Positions 1-9,822 of a stretch of 64,000 nt of DNA are shown here, in pieces. Position 1 is the first letter of the stretch, and every line of letters starts with the position of its first letter. The notes under the pieces are model-generated. The model did not search any database, was not told the origin of the DNA, and saw nothing but the letters and a program-made list of their open reading frames with translations. Source of the stretch: a virus (taxonomy: Duplodnaviria; Caudoviricetes); IMG/VR virus record IMGVR_UViG_3300022752_000014. One strand, 5' to 3'. A program made the translations under genes and the position numbers.

Positions 1-2
1 TA

Positions 3-1595
3 GATCGTATAGATTTCTCTAATGATTCTGCAACAACATCAGTTAGAGGACCATTAAGTTTAGCAAGAATATCTCCAACAGCAACAGGAAACTCTAATTA
101 TGGATGGTTTGGTGGTGGTAATTTAGGATCTCCAGCTGCTTTTGCTGCAGTATCAACAGTAGACCGTATAGATTTCTCCAATGATTCCTCAACAACATCA
201 GCAAGAGGTCCATTAAGTCAATCAAAACAAGCAACGGCAGCAACAGCAAACTCTAACTATGGTTGGTTTGCTGGTGGTGGTATCCCTGGGTCGCCATTAA
301 CAATATATTCAACAGTAGATCGTATAGATTTTTCTAATGACTCTGCAACAGCATCGCCAAGAGGACCATTAAGTTCCACAAGAAGATATTTTTCAGCAAC
401 AGGAAACTCTAATTATGGTTGGTTTAGCGGTGGTAGTATATCAACAGTAGACCGTATAGATTTTTCAAATGATTCCACAACAACATCAGTTAGAGGTCCA
501 TTAAGTTTGGCAAGAACAGGTTCGGCATCAACAGGAAACTCTAACTATGGTTGGTGGGGAGGTAATTATATTTTTCCGGCAACATATAACTCAACAGTAA
601 ACCGCATAGATTTCTCAAATGATTTAGCAACAACATCTGTTAGAGGACCATTAAGTGCAGCAAGAGGATATTTAGCAGCAACATCAGGACAGGCAAGGTC
701 TTCAAGCACTCGTCTACAAAAAGCAGGGAATTATGGTTGGTTTGGTGGTGGCGCATCTCCAGCACTAAGATCAGTAGTAGACCGTATAGATTTTTCTAAT
801 GATTTAGCAACAGCATCACCAAGAGGTGTACTAAGTGCAGCAAGATATCGTTTAGCAGCAACAGGAAACTCTAACTATGGTTGGTTTGGTGCTGGTTCTG
901 CTTCATCAAGAATAGATCGAATAGATTTCTCAAATGATTCCCCAACAGCATCACTAAGAGGTCCATTCGGTTCAACAAATCAATCATTGGCAGCAACAGG
1001 AAACTCTAATTATGGTTGGTTTGGTGGAGGTTATTCTGGTGGAGCATTAGCAACAGTAAACCGTATAGATTTTTCCAATGATTTAGCAACAGCATCACCA
1101 AGAGGTCCATTAAGTTTAGCAAGATATTTTTTAGGAGCAACAGGAAACTCTAACTATGGTTGGTTTGGTGGTGGTGCTCCCGCACCAGCAACACCAGTAT
1201 CAACAGTAGACCGTATAGATTTTTCAAATGATTCTGGAACAGCATCACCAAGAGGTCCATTAAGTGCAGCAAAATATACTTTAGCAGCAACAGGAAATTC
1301 TAACTACGGGTGGTATGGCGCAACAACTTCTGCAGGAACAACAGCAATAGACCGTATCAATTTCTCAAATGATACCTTAACTGCAACTCCAAGAAGTTTA
1401 TTAAGTTCATCAAGATTTGCTACAGCAGCAACAGGAAATTCTAATTATGGGTGGTTTGGTGGTGGTGCAACACCAACAATAGTAGCAACAGTAGACCGTA
1501 TCAATTTTTCTAATGATTCTGTAACAGCATCATTGAGAGGTTCATTAGGTGTAGCAAGACAAAATTTAGCAGCAACCTCCAACAGCACCAGATAA
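3..1595 (+). CDS. Kelch-like tandem beta-propeller repeat protein, 5' end outside the window
   Basis: The reading frame of the 507..1595 ORF is open from base 3. It has 11 copies of a ~45-50 aa unit STVDRIDFSNDxxTASxRGPLSxARxxxAATGNSNYGWFGGG. The GG/Y/W spacing is Kelch-like. Confidence 0.75.
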   Translation, partial: DRIDFSNDSATTSVRGPLSLARISPTATGNSNYGWFGGGNLGSPAAFAAVSTVDRIDFSNDSSTTSARGPLSQSKQATAATANSNYGWFAGGGIPGSPLTIYSTVDRIDFSNDSATASPRGPLSSTRRYFSATGNSNYGWFSGGSISTVDRIDFSNDSTTTSVRGPLSLARTGSASTGNSNYGWWGGNYIFPATYNSTVNRIDFSNDLATTSVRGPLSAARGYLAATSGQARSSSTRLQKAGNYGWFGGGASPALRSVVDRIDFSNDLATASPRGVLSAARYRLAATGNSNYGWFGAGSASSRIDRIDFSNDSPTASLRGPFGSTNQSLAATGNSNYGWFGGGYSGGALATVNRIDFSNDLATASPRGPLSLARYFLGATGNSNYGWFGGGAPAPATPVSTVDRIDFSNDSGTASPRGPLSAAKYTLAATGNSNYGWYGATTSAGTTAIDRINFSNDTLTATPRSLLSSSRFATAATGNSNYGWFGGGATPTIVATVDRINFSNDSVTASLRGSLGVARQNLAATSNSTR

Positions 1596-1619
1596 ATACT
1601 TTTAACTACATTATTGCAA

Positions 1620-2270
1620 ATGAATTTATTATCCAAAGTTTTGATTGCACCAAAAGTCATCAGTCAAGAAGGTATTGATGCTCTGGTAAATCATATGAAA
1701 ACTTCAAAAACAGAAGACCTTTCAGTATTTGATCCAGACAAATCCAATCAGACAAGAAGTACTGAATGGATTACTGATAAGAAAACAAGAGATACTCAAA
1801 TTGCTCCAATTGAACCTGTATTTCCACAGGTCAACGAACTGATGCATCATATCGTTAAGCAAGTCATCAATCCTTTTTATCAATTTGAAGTTGATAGTAG
1901 TGAGATTCCACAACTACTTTGTTATGGCATAGGAGGACACTACCAACCTCATATTGATGGTGAAGGTATTTGGACTGCACCAGATCAAACACAACTTTGG
2001 AGAAAGACAGTAGACCGTGATTTGTCTATGGTCCTATATTTGAATGATGAATTTGAAGGTGGTGACTTTGTATTTCCAGATCTTCATATTCGTATTCGTC
2101 CTGAACCTGGTCTTCTAGTTTGCTTTCCTTCAAATAGATATTATAGACACGGTGTTGAGCCAGTCACCAAAGGTAACAGATACTCGATGGTGACTTGGAT
2201 GACAATCAAAGGATTTGAGAGTATGGAAACTCAATCCAATAACTTAAAAGCAAAGTATGGAGTTTGTTAA
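1620..2270 (+). CDS. 2OG-Fe(II) oxygenase (prolyl-4-hydroxylase-like)
   Basis: HIDG (HxD), RDLSMVLYLNDEFEGGDFVF, HGVEPVTKGNRYSMVTW (distal H and R); late-type ATAAATA at 1592-1598. Confidence 0.9.
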   Translation: MNLLSKVLIAPKVISQEGIDALVNHMKTSKTEDLSVFDPDKSNQTRSTEWITDKKTRDTQIAPIEPVFPQVNELMHHIVKQVINPFYQFEVDSSEIPQLLCYGIGGHYQPHIDGEGIWTAPDQTQLWRKTVDRDLSMVLYLNDEFEGGDFVFPDLHIRIRPEPGLLVCFPSNRYYRHGVEPVTKGNRYSMVTWMTIKGFESMETQSNNLKAKYGVC

Positions 2271-2306
2271 TTCAAGTACTAATATAAATATCTAAAAACC
2301 AATAAG

Positions 2307-3101
2307 ATGTCCCAAACGAAAGCTCAGTTAGTCAGTAATATTGTTGGAAACGTATCAGGCGGTGCAAGTTTTACTGGTATTGTAACTGCTGCTGGTGGTT
2401 TTAGTGGCTCAATTACCGGTACTGCAACAACGGCAAGTTTCGCAACGACTTCTTTTGGACTATCAGGAAGTCCCAATATTACAGTTACAAATATTACTGG
2501 TGTTGCTGCTACATTTACTGGTAATGTATCAATCGCAGGAACATTAACTTATGAAGATGTTACGAATGTAGATTCTATTGGTCTTGTAACTGCAAGAACT
2601 GGCGTTAAGGTTACTGCGGGTGGTGTTGATATTACTGCTGGTGGTCTTAACGTAACTGCTGGTATTACTACTTTTTTTGGAGAACAAAGAGTTAGTACAG
2701 GTGCAGAAAAAGTCTTTAGAACAAATGGAAATACTGTAAGTCTTGTTTATAATTCATCAGGAAGTGCTGGCGGTAATGTTGGATATACAACCAATCCATC
2801 TGGAGACGTTACGTTAAATGTAACTGGTATTCCAACATCAAGTACTTTTAACGATTACTCCATTACTTTTGCGGTTATTGTTAATAACACAGGAACTGCA
2901 AGAACTGTTACTGCAATTAATTTAAATGGAGTTTCAAAAACTATTTTTTGGTCGGGAGGTTCCTTAAGTGCTGCTCTTGCTGGTGTAACAACAAATAATG
3001 GACACTCAATATTCTCTTTTACTGGAATTAATACAGTTGGATCAGCAGCAACAACATCAAATTATCAAGTATTTGGTGTTGTAAGTGGAGGATTCTGGTA
3101 A
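2307..3101 (+). CDS. virion fibre/decoration-like protein
   Basis: G/T/S-rich; YEDVTNVDSIGLVTARTGV motif typical of cyanophage tail-fibre-like proteins; perfect TATAAATA at 2283-2290. Confidence 0.65.
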   Translation: MSQTKAQLVSNIVGNVSGGASFTGIVTAAGGFSGSITGTATTASFATTSFGLSGSPNITVTNITGVAATFTGNVSIAGTLTYEDVTNVDSIGLVTARTGVKVTAGGVDITAGGLNVTAGITTFFGEQRVSTGAEKVFRTNGNTVSLVYNSSGSAGGNVGYTTNPSGDVTLNVTGIPTSSTFNDYSITFAVIVNNTGTARTVTAINLNGVSKTIFWSGGSLSAALAGVTTNNGHSIFSFTGINTVGSAATTSNYQVFGVVSGGFW

Positions 3102-3103
3102 TT

Positions 3104-4744
3104 ATGTCTCCATATATCACTAGACTTGGATCACCTGGAAGTTTCAATTCATTTGGAGTTGGTATAAGAAAAAAACCAACATATACAATCACTCCAAATA
3201 CATCATCAGTCAACGAAGGTTCTTCAGTCACATTTAATGTTGCTACAACTAATGTACCTAATGGAACCACCTTATATTGGACAACTTCTACTGTTTCTGG
3301 AAGCATTAATACATCAGATTTTAATGATGGAGTTACTAGTGGTTCGTTTACAATTAGCAACAACTTCGGATCAATTACAAGAACTTTAGCAAATGATGCA
3401 ACCACTGAAGGTTCTGAAAGTTTCCAACTTCAGTTAAGAACCGAATCGGTCAGTGGAACCATTGTCGCAACCAGTTCCACAGTTACGATTGGAGATACTT
3501 CACTAACACCTACTTACTCAGTATCACCATCAACATCATCAGTCAACGAAGGTTCTTCAGTTACATTTACTGTAACCACAACTAATGTTGCTGATGGAAC
3601 CACCTTGTATTGGACCACTTATACGAACTCCGGAACTATTAATAGTTCAGATTTTAATGATGGAGTAACAAGTGGTTCATTTACAATTACTAGTGGTTCA
3701 GGATCTATTGTAAGAACATTAGCAAATGATGTTACGACGGAAGGTTCTGAGAGTTTTGGAATATACATTAGAACCGTATCTACTTCAGGATCTATTGTTG
3801 CAACAAGTTCTGCCGTAACTATTAGTGACACCTCCACTTCTTCAGGTCAACAAGAATATACAACACCAGGAACTTATTCTTGGGTATGTCCTCAAGGTGT
3901 TACGAGTGTTTCTGTTGTCGCTGTTGGGGGTGGAGGAGATTCATTATCTGTAGGATCTGCAGGAAATGCTGGATGGTCTGCAGGCGGCGGTGGTGGTGGA
4001 TTGGGTTGGAAAAATAATATTGCAGTAACTCCTGGGCAATCATATACTGTTGTGGTTGGAGATTCTGGATTCTTCCAATCAACAGTTATATCTTACGGTT
4101 ACACACCTAAAGGTGGAGACTCCTACTTTATATCAACATCAATTGTTGCTGGTTTTGGTGGAGGAAGAGATGTGCCATTTCAATATTATGGTTCTTCAGT
4201 TGGTTCTAATGATTTTTATTCGCCCATAATAGGATCAACCAGTGTAGCAGTTGGTGGAACTTATGTTGGCGATGGTGGTGGTAATGGTGGCGATGGAGGC
4301 ACATGGACTGCTGGAGGAGGGTCATCTGATAGTTTAGTTGGTGGAGGTGGTGCTGGTGGATATACTGGAGTCGGTGGAACTGGTGGAAGTTATCCTAATG
4401 GCGGCCAAAATGGTAGTGGCGGTGGTGCCGGCGGTGGCGCTTCTGCATATTTTAGATCTCTTGGTGGTGGTCGTGCAAGTAGTGGTGGTGGTGTTGGAAT
4501 ATATGGACAGGGAACTTCTGGAACAGGAGCATCATTTAATGGGGGGACAAATCCTCTTGGCGGTGAGGGTGGATCTGGTGGAGCATCTGGACCATATGGT
4601 TCATATGGTGAAAGTGGAGGAGATGGAAGTTTTGGTGCGGGTGCAGGACTGCAAAGAATATCCGCAAATAGGAATACTGCAGGAGGTGGAGCGGTTCGTA
4701 TTATTTGGGGTATTGGAAGATCATACCCAAATAACGCAGCATAA
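3104..4744 (+). CDS. virion-associated protein with two Ig/Calx-beta-like repeats and a glycine-rich C-terminal domain
   Basis: Two 111-aa repeats starting TYxxxPxTSSVNEGSSVTF (3179 and 3512), then YTTPGTYSWVCPQGVTSVSVVAVGGGG and a Gly-rich tail. Confidence 0.7.
   Translation: MSPYITRLGSPGSFNSFGVGIRKKPTYTITPNTSSVNEGSSVTFNVATTNVPNGTTLYWTTSTVSGSINTSDFNDGVTSGSFTISNNFGSITRTLANDATTEGSESFQLQLRTESVSGTIVATSSTVTIGDTSLTPTYSVSPSTSSVNEGSSVTFTVTTTNVADGTTLYWTTYTNSGTINSSDFNDGVTSGSFTITSGSGSIVRTLANDVTTEGSESFGIYIRTVSTSGSIVATSSAVTISDTSTSSGQQEYTTPGTYSWVCPQGVTSVSVVAVGGGGDSLSVGSAGNAGWSAGGGGGGLGWKNNIAVTPGQSYTVVVGDSGFFQSTVISYGYTPKGGDSYFISTSIVAGFGGGRDVPFQYYGSSVGSNDFYSPIIGSTSVAVGGTYVGDGGGNGGDGGTWTAGGGSSDSLVGGGGAGGYTGVGGTGGSYPNGGQNGSGGGAGGGASAYFRSLGGGRASSGGGVGIYGQGTSGTGASFNGGTNPLGGEGGSGGASGPYGSYGESGGDGSFGAGAGLQRISANRNTAGGGAVRIIWGIGRSYPNNAA
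3179..3844 (+). repeat. intragenic tandem duplication with a 333-bp period
   Basis: CATCATCAGTCAACGAAGGTTCTTCAGT and CAGATTTTAATGATGGAGT occur in both copies. Confidence 0.9.
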
Positions 4745-4770
4745 ATTATTAAAAATACTTATGCACAATA

Positions 4771-4828
4771 GGACACTTTAAAAACTGGCACACTGACCTT
4801 CCAGAACCACCCTGGAAGGTTTTATAAT
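4771..4828 (+). promoter_or_regulatory. early-type promoter, class A (upstream box, stem-loop, -10)
   Basis: GGACACTTTAAAAACTGGCAC, perfect inverted repeat ACCTTCCAG/CTGGAAGGT (4796-4820), TATAAT at 4823-4828. Confidence 0.7.
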
Positions 4829-4953
4829 AGGTGAAGACACACGAAACCGATGAGGTACTCCACACTGGACAGATTGATTTTTGTCACATCCTTCATCTGG
4901 ATGACGCACTGGGGTGTTAAAGTATCTGAAGTGGCACTCAACGCACTATTCTG

Positions 4954-5391
4954 ATGCTCTCGCTTGAAACTTCTGGATACAATTATAGCAAGAAACGCTG
5001 CGAACGTATAGTCCACTGGTTCGTCTCTAAGAACCTTCCACGACACAAACTAGATATTTCCATTCATCACCGTGGATTGTACCGTGAGGGCGTTTATGGG
5101 TGGGTCTGGGCAACTGATTGTGACTACAGACCTCGTGCTTTTGAGATTGAGATGCATAATTTCATGACCCATGAGCATTATACCAAAACGCTTTTACACG
5201 AACTCTGGCACGTCTATCAGCACGTACAAGGTGCATTAAAGGACCGTTATGGTAAAAGACATTGGAGAGGTATTGATTTCTCTAATGTTGACTATGAAGA
5301 CCAACCCTGGGAACAACAAGCACACGAGATGGAAGAAGTTCTCTATGAAGAATACTTAAACTACTTGACAGACACCCAACAATCCCTGTAA
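4954..5391 (+). CDS. SprT-like zinc metallopeptidase-fold protein
   Basis: LLHELWHVYQH (HExxH) plus downstream PWEQQA. Confidence 0.7.
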   Translation: MLSLETSGYNYSKKRCERIVHWFVSKNLPRHKLDISIHHRGLYREGVYGWVWATDCDYRPRAFEIEMHNFMTHEHYTKTLLHELWHVYQHVQGALKDRYGKRHWRGIDFSNVDYEDQPWEQQAHEMEEVLYEEYLNYLTDTQQSL

Positions 5392-5401
5392 AATAACCTT
5401 T

Positions 5402-5638
5402 GTGGAGGTTAAAAAAACTATGATCTCAATGGAAACTCCTAAAACCAAAAAACGCTTTGTGAATGTCACTCCTCTGAGTGCGAAAGCAAAGAATCGCTTT
5501 ATCAACATTATGGGTTCTTTTCACTCCTGTGAGATTGAACAAGAAACTGACGATAAATTTTTTCTAGTATCCATTAATCGTCAATACTGCTTTTGGGTAC
5601 AGAAAACTGGTAACGAACACTGGGAAATTGTAAAATGA
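5402..5638 (+). CDS. hypothetical protein
   Basis: Co-oriented ORF; ATGA overlap with the next gene. Confidence 0.65.
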   Translation: MEVKKTMISMETPKTKKRFVNVTPLSAKAKNRFINIMGSFHSCEIEQETDDKFFLVSINRQYCFWVQKTGNEHWEIVK

Positions 5639-6021
5639 AACGACTGATTCCTTTACTGATTCTACTGACTGGTTCTGCATTTGCACAGACTGCGCCAGTA
5701 CCTACTAAACCCAAAGTGTATCGTCCTTTTACATATGAGACTCCTTGTGCATTAGACTCTAATCTCCAGACTCAATTTGATGTTTGCAAAGTGGTTGAGA
5801 CCCGTGAGACTGGTGGAGCACTGCGGACTCGTAACATCTATTCCAATAAGTTTAGTCTCACAATTAAGTCCTGGTTTGATAAAGAAAAAGGATTTATGAC
5901 TTGGGATAGTCACAATAAGTTTGCCTACAAATGGGAATATAAAGTTTCTGGTGTGGATAGGGAAGGTGCTTGGACTTTAGTAATGCCTGGATTTCTACTG
6001 CAAAACGTAAGTTGGGACTGA
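5635..6021 (+). CDS. hypothetical protein with signal peptide
   Basis: MKRLIPLLILLTGSAFA-Q signal-like N-terminus. Confidence 0.7.
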   Translation: MKRLIPLLILLTGSAFAQTAPVPTKPKVYRPFTYETPCALDSNLQTQFDVCKVVETRETGGALRTRNIYSNKFSLTIKSWFDKEKGFMTWDSHNKFAYKWEYKVSGVDREGAWTLVMPGFLLQNVSWD

Positions 6022-6058
6022 GAACCTGATTAAATAGTAGAAGAATAGGAGAGAGCCA

Positions 6059-6226
6059 ATGGTTGCTCTGTTTCTCACGACTATCATTACTTGTAATCAA
6101 GCAGTAAGTGTTATTCGTAAAATTGAAGCAAATGGTGCTATACCGACAAGTTTAAAAAACGAACTCATTCAAACCATTCGTGAAACTATTCCAACCTGTC
6201 CTGTGAAAGTTAAAAAAGATGGATGA
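6059..6226 (+). CDS. small hypothetical protein (55 aa)
   Basis: Read by hand (MVALFLTTIITCNQA...); GGAG RBS and TTAAATA at 6030-6036 upstream. Confidence 0.6.
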   Translation: MVALFLTTIITCNQAVSVIRKIEANGAIPTSLKNELIQTIRETIPTCPVKVKKDG

Positions 6227-6389
6227 AGCACCAGACATTAAATGGAACAGAGGATTGGATTTGTTTATTGAAAGTGTTCATAAACCAGATCACGAATTGA
6301 GACAATGTGCTCATAATCAAAAATGCTTCAATGAACTAATGGCAGTTCGTGAGCACGTATTAGAATATCTAAAACTATTAAGAAGATGA
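6219..6389 (+). CDS. small hypothetical protein (56 aa)
   Basis: Read by hand (MDEAPDIKWNRGLDLFIESVHKPD...); ATGA overlap with the next gene. Confidence 0.6.
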   Translation: MDEAPDIKWNRGLDLFIESVHKPDHELRQCAHNQKCFNELMAVREHVLEYLKLLRR

Positions 6390-6625
6390 ATCCATATACA
6401 ATTTGGTTCATATTATTTGCTTTTGCTGCATACTTTATCGTCACTGATGAAAGTGTTGCGAAGGCATTTTATTTTATTACAAAGATTGTAAGAAACAAGT
6501 TTGAAGTGTTTAAGTGGTGGTTGATTCATAATCCACAAACACCTTGGGCACGTTATTCTATGTGGAGACGCTCAAATCGACTTGCAAAAGAGTTGATGAA
6601 GGAGTTAGAATCTAAAAATAAATAA
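6386..6625 (+). CDS. small membrane protein
   Basis: N-terminal hydrophobic helix; coupled overlap. Confidence 0.65.
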   Translation: MNPYTIWFILFAFAAYFIVTDESVAKAFYFITKIVRNKFEVFKWWLIHNPQTPWARYSMWRRSNRLAKELMKELESKNK

Positions 6626-6645
6626 TCATTATCCGAATAATACAT

Positions 6646-6966
6646 ATGCTCTCTACACAATATCGTCTTCGTTTGGAAGCAATTTGCGAAAAGATTGCAC
6701 TTCACGAAGAGGTAAGTCTTGAAGATATGATCTGGGCGGAGAAACTTGCAAAAGTAAATCGAACTGCTGGAACAATGTTGCGGCAGGCAAGAAGAACAGC
6801 TGAAAATCCCAATATGAAGGAGGGAGATATGGATGATTTTTTGAATCAACTTGATATTGGTGGTACAGGTCACGAAAGATTTGGTAAAAGAAGTTTCGAA
6901 AGCACTGATGATATGGTAGATTGGTGGACTGAAGAACGTCCAGAAGACTGGAGGACAAGGGACTGA
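6646..6966 (+). CDS. cyanophage-type hypothetical protein
   Basis: MLSTQYRLRLEAIC N-terminus; ATAAATA at 6618-6624. Confidence 0.7.
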   Translation: MLSTQYRLRLEAICEKIALHEEVSLEDMIWAEKLAKVNRTAGTMLRQARRTAENPNMKEGDMDDFLNQLDIGGTGHERFGKRSFESTDDMVDWWTEERPEDWRTRD

Positions 6967-7667
6967 TGAGTTATGATGCTGTGTTTGTGTCTGACGTACA
7001 TCTTGGTACGACACGATGCAATGTAAAAAAGTTCTCTAAGTTTCTCAAAGAAATCAAAACCAAGAAACTGGTGTTTGTTGGTGATATTATTGATGTGTAT
7101 TGTTTAGAGAAATACAACACACATTGGAAAAAAGAACACACTGAATGCGTTCATCAAATTATGAACCTTGCAAAGAAAGGTGTGGAAATCGTTTATATTC
7201 CTGGAAATCACGAAGGAATGTTGAGACGATACTGTCCTTTTGAGCACAATAACTTCAAGATGGTTGAGGAGTATGTATATAAAACAAAAGATGGTGATAA
7301 GTATCTTTGCACTCACGGAGATCAACACTCTGAATTCTCTTCAGGTTCTTGGAAACAATTTGTGTTTAATTGGGGTTATGAACTAATTACTCCATTGAGT
7401 TTGTTTCTTGAAAAGATTTTTAGATTTTCATTGGTTTATGCACTTAAGAATACAATTCGTGGGAAGAATTATATCAATCAATATGAAACTGATTTAGCAA
7501 ACTATTGCAGACAGAAAGGAGACTATAAAGGTATCATTGTGGGGCACATTCACCACAACAATATGAGAAAGTTTGATAAGATTGAATATATGTGTTGTGG
7601 TGATTTTGTTGATACTTGCTCTGCGATTGTGGAAAAGAATGGATTCTTTCAGTCTATTAAATACTGA
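6966..7667 (+). CDS. calcineurin-like metallophosphoesterase, UDP-2,3-diacylglucosamine hydrolase (LpxH)-like
   Basis: SDVHLG, GDIID, GNHE, HGD, GHIH motifs in canonical order. Confidence 0.8.
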   Translation: MSYDAVFVSDVHLGTTRCNVKKFSKFLKEIKTKKLVFVGDIIDVYCLEKYNTHWKKEHTECVHQIMNLAKKGVEIVYIPGNHEGMLRRYCPFEHNNFKMVEEYVYKTKDGDKYLCTHGDQHSEFSSGSWKQFVFNWGYELITPLSLFLEKIFRFSLVYALKNTIRGKNYINQYETDLANYCRQKGDYKGIIVGHIHHNNMRKFDKIEYMCCGDFVDTCSAIVEKNGFFQSIKY

Positions 7668-7784
7668 TAAACTTATGTTAAGATATCAACACAAAACATA
7701 TAGATAGTGATACAATGTTGGAGTGAGAGCACTATGAACCCAAAACCAACTTCGTTATGATGTTCTTTGTGCATGGAGGTTATT

Positions 7785-7958
7785 ATGCACAACTTAATTT
7801 CTTTTAATCAATTAGCTGCTTGGAAACAACTTGAGCCATCTGTAAATGAATTTATTGATCAACACGAACTGATGAATGATTACTTCAATTGTATGATTGA
7901 ATGTGATGATAATCAGCAAAGTTGCAAGCGAATATGTAGAGAGATGTTGTCTTCTTGA
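7785..7958 (+). CDS. small Cys-containing hypothetical protein
   Basis: GGAGG RBS before ATG 7785; C-terminal YFNCMIECDDNQQSCKRICREM. Confidence 0.7.
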   Translation: MHNLISFNQLAAWKQLEPSVNEFIDQHELMNDYFNCMIECDDNQQSCKRICREMLSS

Positions 7959-7970
7959 ACCAATTTAAAA

Positions 7971-8014
7971 ACCGTCCACTCCCCCTTGACTTCTGGTTGA
8001 GGGGGTTTTATAGT
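7971..8014 (+). promoter_or_regulatory. sigma70-like promoter inside a stem-loop, class A
   Basis: TTGACT 7986-7991, 17-bp spacer, TATAGT 8009-8014; CCCCCTTGAC...GTTGAGGGGG inverted repeat; AACCGTCCAC box upstream. Confidence 0.8.
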
Positions 8015-8038
8015 ATCTGTATTGAAGCACCTCCTCCA

Positions 8039-8449
8039 ATGACTTACGACGCAACGGTTACTCTGAAGTTTGATAGCACTTGGACCCCCAACTACAATGT
8101 AGGTTCCCATGATGACTTTATCCCCGAAGAGCACTATGAGTTTAAGGTTCCTGCTGCTGACTTGACGGCAAAGCAATACTTCAAGTTGTTTGAGAAGTTC
8201 CTGCTGTGTGTAGGTATGTCTCCTTGTTCTATTCGTTCTGGTGCAATGTCCTTGGTCTTTAATGACTGGGTGAGTTTGGAAGAACAACGTAAGGTCTGCA
8301 AAGAATATGAACTGACGATGGATGAAGACCTTGAAGATAAGTTTCAAGAGTGGAAAGTGCGTGATGAAGAGATTGCTAAACTAGTAAAAGGTCCTATGGG
8401 CACTGTGCTGACTGAAGAAGAACTGACTAATCTTGAGGAGGGTGTGTGA
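8039..8449 (+). CDS. hypothetical early protein
   Basis: ATG 8039 lies downstream of the promoter; the ORF-track start at 7955 runs through the promoter. Confidence 0.7.
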   Translation: MTYDATVTLKFDSTWTPNYNVGSHDDFIPEEHYEFKVPAADLTAKQYFKLFEKFLLCVGMSPCSIRSGAMSLVFNDWVSLEEQRKVCKEYELTMDEDLEDKFQEWKVRDEEIAKLVKGPMGTVLTEEELTNLEEGV

Positions 8450-8718
8450 ACCTAATCAAACTTAAGCATCGTTATGATTTCGGACACGACTACTACGTTC
8501 AACTACTAAACTTTAAAAGGTATTCACTGCTTCAAGTATCGGTAAGTTGGATGATGGAACCCTGCTCTCCTTATATTCAAGTGAGTTGTGGTAACGGGCA
8601 TCTGTTGAGTGTTCTGTTCTGGGCCCATAAGTTTGGTTTTGATATTGATGTTTTGAATCGAACTTGGAACTTTGAACGACTTGAAAAACTTGATGAGAAT
8701 GAAAATGAAACTCCTTGA
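8446..8718 (+). CDS. hypothetical protein, paralog of the next gene
   Basis: DFGHDYYVQLL motif. Confidence 0.65.
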   Translation: MNLIKLKHRYDFGHDYYVQLLNFKRYSLLQVSVSWMMEPCSPYIQVSCGNGHLLSVLFWAHKFGFDIDVLNRTWNFERLEKLDENENETP

Positions 8719-8983
8719 CTATGTTCACTACGAAGACTTTGGACACGAATGGTATTTCCAAATACTTTCATTTTATCCTAAGTTTGCTCTGATTGATATG
8801 GTAGTCCAGTGGGATGAATATCCTGCAACTGAATGGTTTCCATTTCTAATCGTTGGTATTGGCCCCCGTGATATTGGATTCTCATTCCGTTGGAAATGGT
8901 TTGAGATTCGTTTTGATATTCTAGACTTTGACCCACGCAATTTAGCAACTTATCGTCGTTACAAATCAGGAGATTACCGATGA
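8705..8983 (+). CDS. hypothetical protein, paralog of the previous gene
   Basis: DFGHEWYFQIL motif. Confidence 0.65.
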   Translation: MKLLDYVHYEDFGHEWYFQILSFYPKFALIDMVVQWDEYPATEWFPFLIVGIGPRDIGFSFRWKWFEIRFDILDFDPRNLATYRRYKSGDYR

Positions 8984-9742
8984 GCGGAGGACACTTTGGC
9001 GACTACTGCTACTTTCAGGTATCCCAATTTGCTAGGGACTTGGAAGAAGAGATTGAACGCAATGGTAAACCCAGAAATGAAAATAGAACTTATGGTGAAG
9101 AATATTATCCAGAATATTCACCAGAAGTAATTGAGTATCTAGAAGAACAAGTCCATTTCATTCACAAAATTGCTGATATAATGTATCATATTGATAGGTT
9201 GTATTCTGGAGACCACGGAGAGGATAGTTTTATGGAACGGGTGAAAGAAGTAGAAGACAAGTATGGGAGTTGGTGATGACTGAATTCTATGTGATTATGT
9301 TGAAGAGGCAGGATGGTAAGGTCTATGCTGATTTACACAAGACCAATCAAGTCATTTACCTTACAATAGAAGATGCCTATGAGGAATTGAATAACACAGA
9401 GCATTTCAAAGAAAACTATCACATCGTAAAACTTATTGCTTGTTTGGATGGGGAGATTGAAAAACTATGACTGAATTTCAACCAAAACCACAAATACCAG
9501 AGCAAGTAGATGAAGGTCTGCGTAATGCTATGAAACAAGCAAAGAAAGATGGTGTATTTGATTGGGATCGTTTAAGAGAAGCGAATATTCACCCAATCGT
9601 AAAATACATTTGTACCTGTGATTTCTTTGGTGGAGGACAATTTTGTATTCACTTTACAGAGAAAAATATAATTCCCAATCGTTGGATACGATTTTGGACA
9701 CGAGTATTCTTTAATAGTAAATGGGAGTTTCTAAATGACTGA
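8980..9742 (+). other. three coupled small hypothetical genes (8980-9276, 9270-9470, 9467-9742)
   Basis: Overlapping start/stop codons, same strand. Confidence 0.65.
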
Positions 9743-9799
9743 GGACACTTGAAGAACTGGAACAGGAGAACTCACAGAGCCCTCTGGATGCCTTATAAT
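9743..9799 (+). promoter_or_regulatory. early-type promoter, class A
   Basis: GGACACTTGAAGAACTGGAAC, TATAAT at 9794-9799; same box-to-(-10) spacing as the 4771 promoter (51 vs 52 bp). Confidence 0.7.
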
Positions 9800-9822
9800 A
9801 CTCTCATAGACACAGACACCTG

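Noticed and set aside
3-1595. Diversity-generating retroelement target/template pair
   Set aside because: Repeat differences are not adenine-specific, all copies are in-frame coding, and there is no reverse transcriptase in the window.
7785-7958. CP12 Calvin-cycle inhibitor
   Set aside because: It has Cys pairs but lacks the AWDxVEEL core and the C-terminal CxxxPxxxxC motif.
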